Assembly (NCBI GenBank): GCA_964016885.1
Contig: OZ024741.1
Coordinates: 99,820,001 to 99,884,000, forward strand
Direction: 5' to 3'
Length of the DNA stretch: 64,000 bases
DNA from: Eledone cirrhosa
Lineage: Eukaryota
The notes beneath the pieces are model-generated. The model made no database searches. It was not told where the DNA came from and was given only the letters and a program-made list of their open reading frames with translations. The position numbers and the translations under genes are program-made. Shown here piece after piece: positions 1 to 11,941 of the stretch (its first letter is position 1; each line of letters begins with the position of its first letter).

Positions 1-497
1 AATAGGTTACTAAGACTTCTTCGATCATCAATTCAACGAAAGGAAAATATCGCTAAATGTCATCAAATGTTTAGAAATGAAATAAGATTCCTTAAATCAT
101 GTAATGAAAACTTCGTCTGGCTTAGTCTATTTTCATAGCATGATGCCGACAAGGAGCCAAGTCTGTCGAAGTGTCGGCGCCTGTTTCTCAGCAGGCGTTT
201 TTGGCGGGTACACACAAACATCTAAGCACAGACACACATATACATTCTGGCATACAGACACACATACGCAAGCAAGTAAACACATATGTACTAACAGCAA
301 ATAAATAAGAAAATATATTTCTGTGTATTCTCTTGTAGTATCTCTGTCCCAAGGGTCAATAACGCACAATGATAAACATATGGTTTAAAGGGTCGATTCC
401 TGAATTCGTATTCATTTTCATGTCTCGTCTGCTGAATTCGTCTGTCTCACTTAAAAGATAACTTATGTATTTTAAACCATGTATGTATGTATGTATG

Positions 498-790
498 TTA
501 TCTCTTTCTCTTAATTTCGAGTATATTTTTTGACCGGCCACCTTCCTGGTGGCAAGGTTGTAAAAGAAGAGAAATTGTCATCCCTTGAATCGCAAGAATG
601 TTTTGTAAATTTTGAAGGTGCCAGCTATCGCAGCCATTTGTAGACTATGAATTAGGGAGATGCGCACTCTGTCCGCAAATCCAAGTTCAGTCATACATTG
701 GTCCAAGTGGGTTGGTATATAACTCGTAGCTCCAATAATGATGGGTATGAAGCTAAAGGTGTATCTTGGATACTGTATTTGTAAACTCCT
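498..790 (-). mobile_element. 5'-truncated copy (3' ~290 bp) of the R4/Dong-type non-LTR element
   Basis: Near-identical to 1853-2145 (ORF end ...AAIAGTFKIxKTFLRFKG plus 3' UTR); (TATG)n on both sides. Confidence 0.9.
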
Positions 791-851
791 GTATGAATGT
801 ATGTATGTATGTATGTATGTATGTATGTATGTATGTATGTATGTATGTATG

Positions 852-1155
852 TTCTTTTTGGTAAATATCATATTGGTTAAGAGAGTGGGACTGGCTTTGT
901 GCAGTGCCTTTGCTCACTATAAAAGCTTCACGGCATAGGCATTGCTTTATATCTGGAGATCTCTCTGCACTTGTCGTCACATGGTACCATGGGCCCAGCA
1001 CTATGTGTCAATAATTGTCGCAATTTTAGTGTTTGTACCAGAGTTTTCAAGTCGCTGGCTGGACTAAAATGTCACACTCGTTCAGCGCATCGGAAGGGGT
1101 TCTCCTACATGGATATAAAGTAGTGGCCGTACTCGAAAACGAGTTGGCAGCCACC
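852..1155 (+). mobile_element. 5'-truncated copy of the RTE-derived non-autonomous element
   Basis: Matches 1534-1837, same 3' end GAGTTGGCAGCCACC followed by (ATGT)n. Confidence 0.8.
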
Positions 1156-1230
1156 ATGTATGTATGTATGCATGTATGTATGTATGTATGTATGTATGTA
1201 TGTATGTATGTATGTATGTATGTATGTATG

Positions 1231-1837
1231 TCAGGTCACCAGTTGGTGCTACTGGTAACATGTATACCAGTACAACCTGTCTCATGGTCGGGTCGTTGGT
1301 GACTAAACTGGCAACCCCACCAAGGTTTCCTGGTGAGAAGGGTGACTTTGGACATCCTGCAGGACTAAAAACAAAACCTGTCAAAGGGCAAAGGAGCTCT
1401 TAAGAGTCAATGGCCATCCAAAATCACCGGGAGAGATGACCCCTTAGTCTTTGTCAAGGCAGAATTCTATGAGAAGGAAAACTCTGATATAACACCTGCA
1501 ACCCTGATAGTATCCAATGATGTTGACTTGTTCTTCTTTTTGGTAAATATCATCTTGGTTAAGAGAGTGGGACTGGCTTTGTGCAGTGCCTTTGCTCACT
1601 ATAAAAGCTTCACGGCACAGGCATTGCTTTATATCTGGAGATCTCTCTGCACTTGTCATCACATGGTACCATGGGCCCAGCACTATGTATCAATAATTGT
1701 CACAAGTGTAGTGTTTGTACCAGAGTTTTGAAGTGGCTGGCTGGACTAAAAAGTCACACTCGTTCAGCGCATCGGTAGGGGTTCTCCTACATGGATATAA
1801 AGTAGTGGCCGTACTCGAAAACGAGTTGGCAGCCACC
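1231..1837 (+). mobile_element. RTE-derived bipartite non-autonomous retroelement (~607 bp)
   Basis: GAGAAGGAAAACTCTGA motif recalled from RTE 5' regions; 1701-1778 translates HKCSVCTRVLKWLAGLKSHTRSAHR*, like an RTE C-terminal C2H2 finger; 3' stem-loop GTGGC..CTCGAAAACGAG..GCCAC and (ATGT)n tail. Confidence 0.65.
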
Positions 1838-1852
1838 ATGTATGTATGTATG

Positions 1853-4800
1853 TTTTCTCTTTCTCTTAATTTTGAGTATATTTTTTGACCGGCCACCTTC
1901 CTGGTGGCAAGGTTGTAAAAGAAAAGAAATTGTCATCCCTTGAATCGCAAGAATGTTTTGCAAATTTTGAAGGTGCCAGCTATCGCAGCCATTTGTAGAC
2001 TATGAATTAGGGAGCTGCGCTTTTTGTCCGCAAATCCAAGTTCAGTCATACTTTGGTCCAAGCGGGTTGGTATATAACCCGTAGCACCAATAATGATGGG
2101 TATGAAGCTAAAGGTGTATCTTGGATACTGGATTTGTAAACTCCTCATCAATGGTCCGTAGATGTCCTCCTTCTCCTGTATTTTTCTGACAACGTTTACA
2201 TCAAGTGGGCAGCTGATCTCCACAACAGAACACGTTTTCAATGTGTGGTCCCAAACTACAATATCAGGCCGGTTGTGCTTTAATTTGGTGGCAGTTTTTA
2301 TTTTCAGGTTCCACCAGTATTCCTTAGTGCCATCTGTCTCAATATATTCTTCCTCGTTTGTTGTTGATTTTGTTTTCCGAAGTGCGTTCCAGATGGTTCT
2401 AGCTATCCCATCGTGTCTCATGGGCAGGTAGTAGCGAGATGACATTCTTTCGCAGCTGGCAACAATGTGGCTTACATCCTCGATCTTTGTTTTACATAGC
2501 CTACATTTATTGTCAGCTGCTGGCCCTCCTCTTTTGTGCAGCAGATATTTGGTAGGGAGTTCTTGTTCCTGTATTGCATAGAGATATCCCTCAAGGTGTG
2601 ATGTCATAAACTTGTCGGAACTCCATGCCAGGCTTTTTGAGTGGTTTATCCCCTCTATGGTCTGTGTTTTACGCCTCAAGTATCCATGCACAACTTTTTC
2701 TGTAAATTGGTCAATTTTTTTTTCTTGTTTGAACATTGAATAGGATCTTCCGATTTCTCTGGGTGAGAGATTTATATCGGGCTTTATTCCATATCTCTCC
2801 TCCAGATCAGTCGCTATTCTGATGATATTTCTTTTTTCATGGTCATAAACCTGGGCAAGATGGTTGCCAACCTTTTTCCTCTGTTGAAGGTATTGCTTCA
2901 GTGTCACTATCCGGGTCTCATATGTTGTTAATATTGATTTTAGACCCCGACCACCTTCCTTGCGTGAGAAGTATAGCCTATCCACATCACCATTGATGTT
3001 AAAGTTCCCAGTAACACTGAGAAGTTTTCGAGTTCTAACATCCATCTCACTTAGTTCTTGCAATGACCAGTTCAGTAGGCCAAATGTTGGCGTTAGAATT
3101 GGCACAGCATAAGTATTGTGGGCAATGTATTTGTTGTATGCTGACAGTTCTGATGACCATATTTTCTTTACTCTTCTGAGGTATTCAGTTCTGGTTCTCT
3201 CCTTATTTATGGGTCCATCATATCTGACATTCTCATCCTGTCCAAGATATCTGTAGTTGTCACCTGACTGCAGAGGTTGTATTGTCAGGCCGTTCATCTC
3301 TAGATTTCTAGAGGAGGGCACAGCTCTTCCACGTTTTACTGCCAAATATGCACACTTGGACTCACCAAATTTCATTTTGATGTCGGTTGAAAATTGTGTA
3401 ATGAGGTCCAATTGTTTCTTGATGTCATTGATATTTGGCCCATACAACTTCAGGTCATCAACAAAGAAAAGATGGGAGATACTTCTGGTCCCACTTCTTT
3501 GTCGACCTTGTTTCCTGAGTAGGTAAGATAGTGGATTCAGTGAGAGAACGAAGAGTAGCACTGACAAGCTATCACCCTGAAAGATGCCCTTCTGGTAATG
3601 TATCTTATCAGTCTTAACCTGCTCCTTCTCACCTCTAAGGATCAAACTGGTGTACCAGTTCTTGGTCAGGCGTTCAACAGCAGCTACCAATGGTTGTGGG
3701 ACTTTAGCTAACTGTAAAGCCTTAACAATCCACCCATGAGGTACACTATCAAATGCTTTTTGATAGTCCAGCCACACGACAGTCATGTTTCTGCGATTCT
3801 TTGTTGTTTTTTCCTGAATCATTTTGTTAGTTAGATCTATGCAACCCCACACCTCCCTCTTTCCACCAGCTTGCTCAGGTGTTATGATGTTGTTGGTAGC
3901 ACAGTGATCCTGTAAGAACAGGTTAAGGCACCCAGTATATAATTTATACATGATGTTTTGGCAGGCAATTGGGCGGTAATTTTTAGCAAGGGTGGTTTGG
4001 CTATTTTTGGGAATGAGGAGAGTAGAGGCAGTTGATAACCATCTGGGCAGTTCTTGTGTGCCCTTAATGGTTTCTGTAAACAGCCGTATGAGATCTTGCC
4101 GATAGAAAGTGAAATTCTTCAACCAGTATCCTGTAATGAGGTCTGGGCCTGGCGATTTCCTATTCGACATTTTCTGTAGAGCTGTTTCCAGTATTGACCC
4201 ATCTATGTCATATTGTTTTGTCTGGACATGTTGGCAGTAGTCCTGTTCCAGTTCTTTTAGCCAATTAGCTTGTCTGTTGAATCCGTCATCCGTTTCCCAT
4301 ACAGATCTCCAGTAGCTCTCAACCTGTTCTTTTGAAGGGGTGTCATTTACAGAGATTGAGCTTTTGCCACCGAAGCTGCGATAAACTGATTTAGGATCTC
4401 TGGCAAACAATCTATTTAGCACTTGTCGTTTATGTGCTGTTGACTTATATTTTAGTCTTTCTGTTGTAGCTGTGAGTTGTTGTTTCAACTGGTGTAATTT
4501 GGAGTTCAAAGTTTTAAATTTTGTATCTCCAAATCTTCTCTCTAACATTTTCTTTAGGTCTTCCTGGTGTTGTGTGAAGTTGCTCTCTATGTTGCATTTC
4601 ATAACGACTGCGATGTGTGAGATACTTCGTCTCAGGGACAAAATTTTGGTTTTTAAATTTCGCATCCACGCTGGTTCAGGCTTTCTGTTTGTATCTTGAT
4701 TGCGTGGTTTTAGATGTGTGTTATATGCTAGCAATGTGACAGCTGAAACATATAACAAAACATTAAGCGTTTCAAATGTCGTTTCTACACCTTTAGATCG

Positions 4801-5872
4801 TATAGCCTTCAGATAATTGCCAGCTATTTCGTTCACCGCTTCCAATTCCAATTTAGTGGGTTCTTTACTGACTCTAGTGTTGTATGGTCTGTCACTCACA
4901 TTAAGGCTGTGTATCTCTTGAAACATATCATTCCATATCACTTGTAGGGAGCCCACAAGTTTTTGGTGCTCTGTTTGTTCAGTAGAGTCATGAATTTCAG
5001 TCTCGTTGTTGATGTGGTGACAATTACTACTAGAGTCAGCTGACCTTTCTCGCTGTTCTTCAGTGGAAGTGGGATGAATTTCAGCAAAATTGTTGGTGAG
5101 CTGTTCACTGTTAGATTTAGCTGGCCATTCTCTTTGTCTGTCAGTGGAGGTGGGGTGGTTGTCTACAAGGGCTGTATTTGTAGTATCACTCGATTCCGTT
5201 AGATGTATCAATTTACATCTAATGATACGTTTTGCCTGTTCATTTAAATGCTTTGGAGAAAAGTCTAATTCTGGGTGTTTGGAGTTCCATAAAGTTTTTA
5301 GCCGTTGCATAAAACCGAACTTTTGGGGTTCAGATTGTTTGTATGCTTCATATAATACTTTGTTAAGCTCGTAGGTCCACTGTGTACAACGGTTGTAATT
5401 GCGATTTGGTCGAAGGAGACTTGTACTTTTTGCCATGATGAGTTCGTCTATTCACTAATATTTCGTATTTATTTTTCAAAATAGTCGATGATCTTCTTTA
5501 AAAGTTACGACAAAGTTCTGTCAGAATCAAATTTAAAGTTATTCACAGCTTGAGTAATATTTCTTTTCAGTTAGTTTTTAATTCTACAGCTGTGTTTTAT
5601 ATAAATGTAATATTTCTTTATAAATGTAATATAACAACGTTGCATTTATATGTTAAAGTGTATGTATCGTTCATATATCATAAGTGTATGTATCGTTCAT
5701 ATAAATAGGTGTTTTACAACACACTTACAGTTCAAACACTTATGTAGAATTATTGTATGTAATCTTACCGCGTAATGTAGCTCAACTTTTTCCAATATAT
5801 GGTATGTTGCCTTCATGTAAGCCGTAATTACACACGTCCGATTATCGGACACTGACCACAACGGTCGCCTTT

Positions 5873-5875
<3 letters not shown>
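1853..5875 (-). mobile_element. Full-length R4/Dong-clade non-LTR retrotransposon in a (CATA)n microsatellite
   Basis: Single long ORF with ~440 bp 5' UTR and ~80 bp 3' UTR; both ends abut (TATG)n. Confidence 0.85.
1933..5436 (-). CDS. Reverse transcriptase + CCHC knuckle + restriction-like endonuclease polyprotein (R4/Dong clade), 1167 aa
   Basis: RT motifs KSPGPD, YRPIAC, WLDYQKAFDSVPH, GIFQGDSLS, LFFVDDLKLY; CRLC..H....C; RHD, RPDIVV, VEISCP, KEDIY (PD-D/ExK). No stop codons. Confidence 0.93.
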   Translation of the reverse strand: MAKSTSLLRPNRNYNRCTQWTYELNKVLYEAYKQSEPQKFGFMQRLKTLWNSKHPELDFSPKHLNEQAKRIIRCKLIHLTESSDTTNTALVDNHPTSTDRQREWPAKSNSEQLTNNFAEIHPTSTEEQRERSADSSSNCHHINNETEIHDSTEQTEHQKLVGSLQVIWNDMFQEIHSLNVSDRPYNTRVSKEPTKLELEAVNEIAGNYLKAIRSKGVETTFETLNVLLYVSAVTLLAYNTHLKPRNQDTNRKPEPAWMRNLKTKILSLRRSISHIAVVMKCNIESNFTQHQEDLKKMLERRFGDTKFKTLNSKLHQLKQQLTATTERLKYKSTAHKRQVLNRLFARDPKSVYRSFGGKSSISVNDTPSKEQVESYWRSVWETDDGFNRQANWLKELEQDYCQHVQTKQYDIDGSILETALQKMSNRKSPGPDLITGYWLKNFTFYRQDLIRLFTETIKGTQELPRWLSTASTLLIPKNSQTTLAKNYRPIACQNIMYKLYTGCLNLFLQDHCATNNIITPEQAGGKREVWGCIDLTNKMIQEKTTKNRRNMTVVWLDYQKAFDSVPHGWIVKALQLAKVPQPLVAAVERLTKNWYTSLILRGEKEQVKTDKIHYQKGIFQGDSLSVLLFVLSLNPLSYLLRKQGRQRSGTRSISHLFFVDDLKLYGPNINDIKKQLDLITQFSTDIKMKFGESKCAYLAVKRGRAVPSSRNLEMNGLTIQPLQSGDNYRYLGQDENVRYDGPINKERTRTEYLRRVKKIWSSELSAYNKYIAHNTYAVPILTPTFGLLNWSLQELSEMDVRTRKLLSVTGNFNINGDVDRLYFSRKEGGRGLKSILTTYETRIVTLKQYLQQRKKVGNHLAQVYDHEKRNIIRIATDLEERYGIKPDINLSPREIGRSYSMFKQEKKIDQFTEKVVHGYLRRKTQTIEGINHSKSLAWSSDKFMTSHLEGYLYAIQEQELPTKYLLHKRGGPAADNKCRLCKTKIEDVSHIVASCERMSSRYYLPMRHDGIARTIWNALRKTKSTTNEEEYIETDGTKEYWWNLKIKTATKLKHNRPDIVVWDHTLKTCSVVEISCPLDVNVVRKIQEKEDIYGPLMRSLQIQYPRYTFSFIPIIIGATGYIPTRLDQSMTELGFADKKRSSLIHSLQMAAIAGTFKICKTFLRFKG

Positions 5876-5904
<29 letters not shown>

Positions 5905-6056
5905 TGTATGTATGTATGTATGTATGTATGTATGTATGTATGTATGTATGTGTGTGTGTATGTATGTATGTATGTATGTATGTATGTATGCATGTATGTA
6001 TGTATGTGTGTATGTATGTATGTATGTATGTTTGTATGCATGTATGTATGTATGTA
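5876..6056. repeat. (TATG)n microsatellite (also 479-497, 791-851, 1156-1230, 1838-1852)
   Basis: Direct reading. Confidence 0.97.
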
Positions 6057-6338
6057 GGTCTGTAGGTATATATTCGTATAAGTATGTACCTACTTCAATA
6101 TGTATGTGGGTATGCATATTTATGTATATGAATGTAAGTGAATGTTTGCGCATAAATATGCAAATCTCTATATGTGCTTGTATATTTGCGTGTGTCTAAA
6201 TACCTGTAACTCATACATTTATGGAAAGGCACACAACCAAAGGAGGGCAGCTCCTACCAATGAGATATGATGAAAATACTAATATACAGAAGATGTCACC
6301 TCAGAACTGAACATCTGTACATATACAGAAACCACACA

Positions 6339-6438
6339 AATAATTGTTTCTACTTTAGGCACAAGGCCAGCAAATTCCCCAGTACATAACTGGTACTTTA
6401 TTTCATCGACCCCGTACGGATGAAAGGCAAAGTTAACC
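6339..6438 (-). mobile_element. tRNA/Nin-domain SINE, 3' fragment
   Basis: Reverse complement of GCCTTTCATCC..GGGGTCGAT..AAGTACCAG core and GGCCTTGTGCC..AGTAGAAAC tail. Confidence 0.8.
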
Positions 6439-6533
6439 ACACAAATAATGATAAAAAATTAGATACAGATCACAGAGATTAATGGTGAAACTGGAAGTAA
6501 CAATATCAGCAGATTATTTATTACACTATATTC

Positions 6534-6569
<36 letters not shown>

Positions 6570-7287
6570 GAGGGGGGTATGTATGTATATATATATATAT
6601 ATATATATATTACTTATATAGTTCTGTATGTACATGTGTATGTATGTGTGCATGCATACATGTAATTTGTTGAAAGAAGTCCAATTTTCCTTTAAATCGA
6701 TGCTCCACAAAGGAATATTGGATAGCTATCACGAACAGAAATTCTATTGCTGACATTAAATGAAGACATATCAAATCAATTCTTAGCTTGAAATGTCCAA
6801 TATAGTAGGCTTAAAGAAACTGTCACGGTTGATTGCGATGTTTCTATAGAAATTGCAATGAAACTGTTCGCAGTTCTGGTTTAGTTTTCAACTATAACTT
6901 ATGTAGTTTTAACCAAATATCAATCCTTTTTCCCTCCGATCAATAAGATAAATACCAGTAATAAACTGCATTTTTCAGCAACTTTTGCTATTGAATATAG
7001 TTAAACCATTAAATATCAATCGATTTGCTATCTAAAATTTACCAAGAGCAAATCCCAAAGATATGGTAATACAAATATAATTAATATGCATACATAACAT
7101 ATATATATGTGAATTCTGTACGATTCTTTGCTAATTGCAAGGTTATTCTGTCATTGAGTAGCCGGCCGTCGCTGAAATACATTTTGTGACTTCTATATTC
7201 TGTATATATATATATATTACCTCTGTAATTTATTTACATTATTCTTAACTCTGAAGCCGAGAATCATTCGGTTTCCTAAATAGAATT

Positions 7288-7655
7288 TTAGTCTACGACT
7301 TCAGTTATACCATAAAACGTGGTTTTGTCTTTGTGTGTAATTGTTTACACCGCTCCAAATAATGACGTATTATCTTCGTTTTTTCCGTTCTTTCCCACGG
7401 AATGTTTCCACGAACCAAAGTGTCGTCTTCCTGGCTTCCTTCGGTTGCAACGTTTTACAAAATATTTACTTCTGTGTTCACAGATTGATTTTTTTAGTTT
7501 CAGAAGATCCCATTAAGAGTGAAAGCAGCGATTCTTTGCTTAAACTTTAATCTGTTATTTTAATAAATATTTACTCTACGGTTCTTATATATTTGATATA
7601 TATTTATCCTCATGGAGTCCTCTTTGGATTTTAGTCTTCAAATTTCTTCTTATTA
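7288..7655 (+). mobile_element. Family A non-autonomous element with variant HHR, ending in (TA)n
   Basis: Homologous to 43240-43610, 24772-25005 and 45262-45335. Confidence 0.75.
7496..7546 (+). ncRNA. Hammerhead-like motif, CAGAAGA core variant
   Basis: AGTTT-CAGAAGA-stem II-GAAAGCA..TGCTT-AAACT; stems I and III pair. Confidence 0.55.
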
Positions 7656-7711
7656 CTATATATATATATGTATCAAAATGTTCAAGACATTTGGGGTCTT
7701 GAACATCTTTT

Positions 7712-7777
7712 ATTACCCTAAGTATTGAGTACTCTGGTGCGTTATGGTCCACCTGTTTCCTTACCACACTTCCTTCG

Positions 7778-7780
<3 letters not shown>
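7712..7780 (+). mobile_element. Family B 3' end fragment before (TA)n
   Basis: Matches 35160-35224, and 13845-13895 and 37900-37965 in reverse. Confidence 0.7.
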
Positions 7781-7862
<82 letters not shown>

Positions 7863-7884
7863 GACATAATACATGCATGAGCAT

Positions 7885-8270
7885 ATAGTCAATGAGGTGG
7901 TAGTGTTTGGGACGAGGTTATTTTCAAACTCTCCCTCTGTTGGAAGAAGGTGTTCGTGATGACGAGTATATGTTCTGTGCAAAACTCCAACACCAAGCAT
8001 CCATTATCATTGCAGTTACCAACGCCATGTCTCCCAAGGCGTTGAAATCGCCACAGATTATGACCTTGTCGTTAACAACGGTGCCCTGCAAGAGACTGTT
8101 CAGATTAGAGTAAAACTTTTCCGCAGGATCTGCTTCAACGCACTGAACATTGTGGCATATTGTTGATTACTTAGTAAGAGGTGCATAGATATGATGTGGT
8201 TAGAAAGACCTGTTGGCAAGTTTGCAAGCGTGGAAGTGATATCTCCAAATTACATCCACATGGTGCATTA
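7885..8270 (-). pseudogene. RTE-like LINE apurinic endonuclease fragment
   Basis: Minus-strand [23 protein letters not shown] and [11 protein letters not shown] motifs, frameshifted. Confidence 0.75.
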
Positions 8271-8531
8271 TTTAGAAACGGAAATTCCTGTATGTTACGC
8301 CCATTTCTTTTATGTCTGCCGTAAAATATTTAGCTCATATTGAAACTTTAATCAAATTAAATCATTGTTGATGTAATAAACATCCATATACCACAAATGA
8401 CCACACTGACTTCCGTTATATATATATATATACGCACACACACACAGAGAAACAGGCACATACACACACACACAGACACATATATATATACATAAATATA
8501 TATTAATATACATATAAATATATATTAATAT

Positions 8532-8649
<118 letters not shown>

Positions 8650-8654
8650 GTATA

Positions 8655-8818
<164 letters not shown>

Positions 8819-8819
8819 A

Positions 8820-9085
8820 GCAAAAGTTATATTTAAATTGTTGGGATACAACAAGCAAATATTTTTATAACTGATATAAAGCACTCGACAAGTATTTGGA
8901 GTATCCCTGATGTCTTCCAAAAGTAACGGTTGCATTTTGAAAGGGTATGTCAACATTTATTTATAAAACTGGTATATATTGTATTTTGTCTGATGAAAGC
9001 ATTCCATAATTTAACATGGTATCCTTGAAACATGTATAATAAAATAGATATGGTTTTATAAATATAGTTTCCATTTGTTAATATC

Positions 9086-9088
<3 letters not shown>
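8820..9088. mobile_element. Family C HHR element, internally inverted, between (TA)n tracts
   Basis: 8820-8903 is collinear with 38708-38792, whereas 8904-9088 is the reverse complement of 38793-38985. Confidence 0.75.
8982..9046 (+). ncRNA. Minimal hammerhead ribozyme
   Basis: CTGATGA (8990), stem II, GAAA-CATG-TA with palindromic stem III. Confidence 0.65.
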
Positions 9089-9130
<42 letters not shown>

Positions 9131-9274
9131 TATATATTTATATATATATATATTAATACCTATACACGCACACACGTATATGTATATATAGATTTGTTAG
9201 TAATGATGAAAGTTTATTTTGTTCAAAGAATGACAAAATAACTATATACAATCGAAAGACACAGAACTCCAGGG

Positions 9275-10020
9275 TGATCGGCCATTGAGATAGGCTTTGG
9301 CAGTTTCGAGACCTACCATGAGTACTGCTGGTCCAACCGGTGTAACATCGTCTGACATAAGCCGAAACGCTTTCCATGGAGTAAGAAAGAAGACAAAATA
9401 ATAATTTAAAGCAATTAAGCTACAGCATGCAGACATAGAATGTATGTGACGGCAGGGAAAATGAACTTTCATATTTATAACACCAGAGTCCTATGATACA
9501 ATTGTCTTATGAAAGAAAAATAAAAATAAACGAAGGAAAGAAATAGGAAAACGAATGAAAAATGGAAGAAAATAGAAAGTCAAATATCATGTTAAATGTA
9601 AATCATTGAGATTATTGGTGGAAGAAGAGAAAACACGTACGTCACAGATTAGTAAACTAAGTAAAAGTAACAAAGAGTAGACAACAAACGAAAACAAAGT
9701 ACAACTAAAAACAATTTTCTTTAATGGAAAACCCTAACAAATTATTTTAGGTAAATGAAAATATAAACGTTGGCCTTTCAGATGGTCTTTGGCAGTTTCG
9801 ACCCCTACCAATGGTACTGCTGGTGCAACCGCGGTCAAATCCTCTGGGACAAGCCAAAACGCTATCCATGGCGTAAGAGATAAGACAAATTAATAATTTA
9901 TAACAATTAAGCTAAAACATGTACACATTATGTGACATCAGAGAAAATGTATTGTAATTTTTATAGCGCGAGAGTCTTATGAAACAAGAGTCTCATGGAA
10001 CAAAAAGTAAAAGAAGAGAA
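9275..10020 (+). repeat. Diverged ~490-bp-spaced duplication, possible exon-like cassette
   Basis: 9275-9530 resembles 9770-10020; both contain CATGG(A/C)GTAAG. Confidence 0.6.
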
Positions 10021-10879
10021 AGAAAGAAAAAGAAAAGAAAAGGAAAAAAGAAAAATATATATGTTTGCGCATGTGTGTGTGTGTTAGTTTGCATATGCCT
10101 GTGTTTGTGTATGTTTGAGTATTTGCTTGTGTGAGCGTAATGTTTATTGACTAGACATACTTAAGATATCACTATATAATCTTTTAGCTGGTGTGACGTA
10201 AATACACCATATGAGGTAATTATTGGCAGTCTCCTTTATTGAGGAAACCGAGCGACAGCATTTGTATGATGATTTGGTAATAGAGTGGGAAGAAAGAAAA
10301 AATATCAAATATTTGTTTGTGTTGGCGTTGAATCATACTAAATACGAAAACATAGCAATGTTTAATCCTGTTTAATTTCTTCAGATGCTTCTGACACATC
10401 AAAGACGTCTCTCATCCTGTTTACGGTCCTTGTCATTCAATGCCTTGTCACAGAGTATTCGGCTAATTAAATAATTATGGTTGAAATCAAGAAAGGTCAA
10501 TGTATTGGTTTACACTAAGCGGTTACACAAGAGATTCCTACAGAAATGAAAGAATTGAATGAAATTACATTGAATGAAATTTGTCTAAATCACTTTTACA
10601 CTCTCTATCTTTCTCTCACTATTGCGCAACTTATTTGTCGGTATTTCCACATATTGTGATAAAATGACACTATTCTGATTGTATACTGACCATTATACAA
10701 TGCAAGATGCGTTATTTAAGACAGACAAGTACATATAGGAAGATTTATTTGTTTTAGTTTCTCTATAAATGAATTCTCAAGTTTGATCGGGAAGGCGCAT
10801 AACTGTTACATGGCCTGCTAAGAAAGATCGGATCATACACATCATATACATTTTCCCATTATTACTACGTTATTTCACA

Positions 10880-11921
10880 CTAGCAGTAAAGCCCGGCGTT
10901 GCTCGGGGTCGCTCAGTAGCTGTGTTAAAGTTACAATGTTAAGTTTCTTTTTTGGCTTAAAAACTGTAATGTCTACTGTGCAGACTTGCATGTGGTGTTT
11001 TTGATTAATATTCCCTCAACCAACAATATGCCTTATGAAGTTAAGAAAACATAACTATAACCCGAATGTTATAACAAAAGAGGATGCTGGGGATAAAAAC
11101 TGCACTGGTTATGGTTATTTATTAACAAAGATCGAAAATGTAAACACTGCAACGCAGAGAAAAACATTAGCGTAACCAAATTATCAGTTATGTCTGTCTG
11201 CACGCCTATATCACCTCTCCGCACGACTGTCTGTCTGCACGCCTATATCACCTCTCTGCACGACTGTCTGTCTGCACGCCTATATCACCTCTCTGCACAA
11301 CTGTCTGTCTGCACGCCTATATCACCTCTCTGCACGACTGTCTGTCTGCACGCCTATATCACCTCTCTGCACGACTGTCTGTCTGCACGCCTATATCACC
11401 TCTCTGCACGACTGTCTGTCTGCACGCCTATATCACCTCTCTGCACGACTGTCTGTCTGCACGCCTAACGAAATTTACAGATACATATATTTTAAATAAA
11501 CTTATATAATTTTTGCTTTTTTTTTAGAAATATTTGCTTGTTTTACGTAGTCTTTAAATAGACTTGTTTTCAAGTAAAAATATTGTTTTAAAAGGCTTTT
11601 AAATGGAAATGAAGCAACTGTTCGTGTATTGTGTTAATGTCATTTTAAACGCTGAGAAAGCCAGCGTAATTTTTTACGTAAGACGCTCAATGTAAACAGA
11701 ACAAAGGGAAATAACTGATAACTTACGCTCAAAAATCGATACATTATATTCGATTTCGTCACATAGGGTGGGTCAATTTGAAATTTTTTTTTTCCGATGT
11801 CTTCGCTAGGGCTCAATGTACAAGTATAGCAATTTCGGTGCAATTCCGTGAGAGATTCTAAGAGGAGATGTGTGCCAAAAATCGATAGACAGACAGACAA
11901 CCACAGTTTTATATATATAGA
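10880..11921 (-). mobile_element. Non-autonomous Helitron
   Basis: Minus strand starts TC(TATATATA), ends with GC-rich hairpin CCCGAGCAACGCCGGG and CTAG, and sits between A and T. Confidence 0.8.
11191..11466. repeat. 37-bp minisatellite, ~7.5 copies, inside the Helitron
   Basis: Unit TGTCTGTCTGCACGCCTATATCACCTCTCTGCACGAC. Confidence 0.95.
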
Positions 11922-11941
11922 TTATTACTAACTATTTTTAA

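Noticed and set aside
1231-1410. HDV-like ribozyme in the RTE-derived head
   Set aside because: GTCACCA/TGGTGAC pairing exists but P1.1/L3 could not be assigned.
11191-11466. CRISPR-like 37-bp repeat
   Set aside because: Head-to-tail units with no spacers, inside a eukaryotic Helitron.
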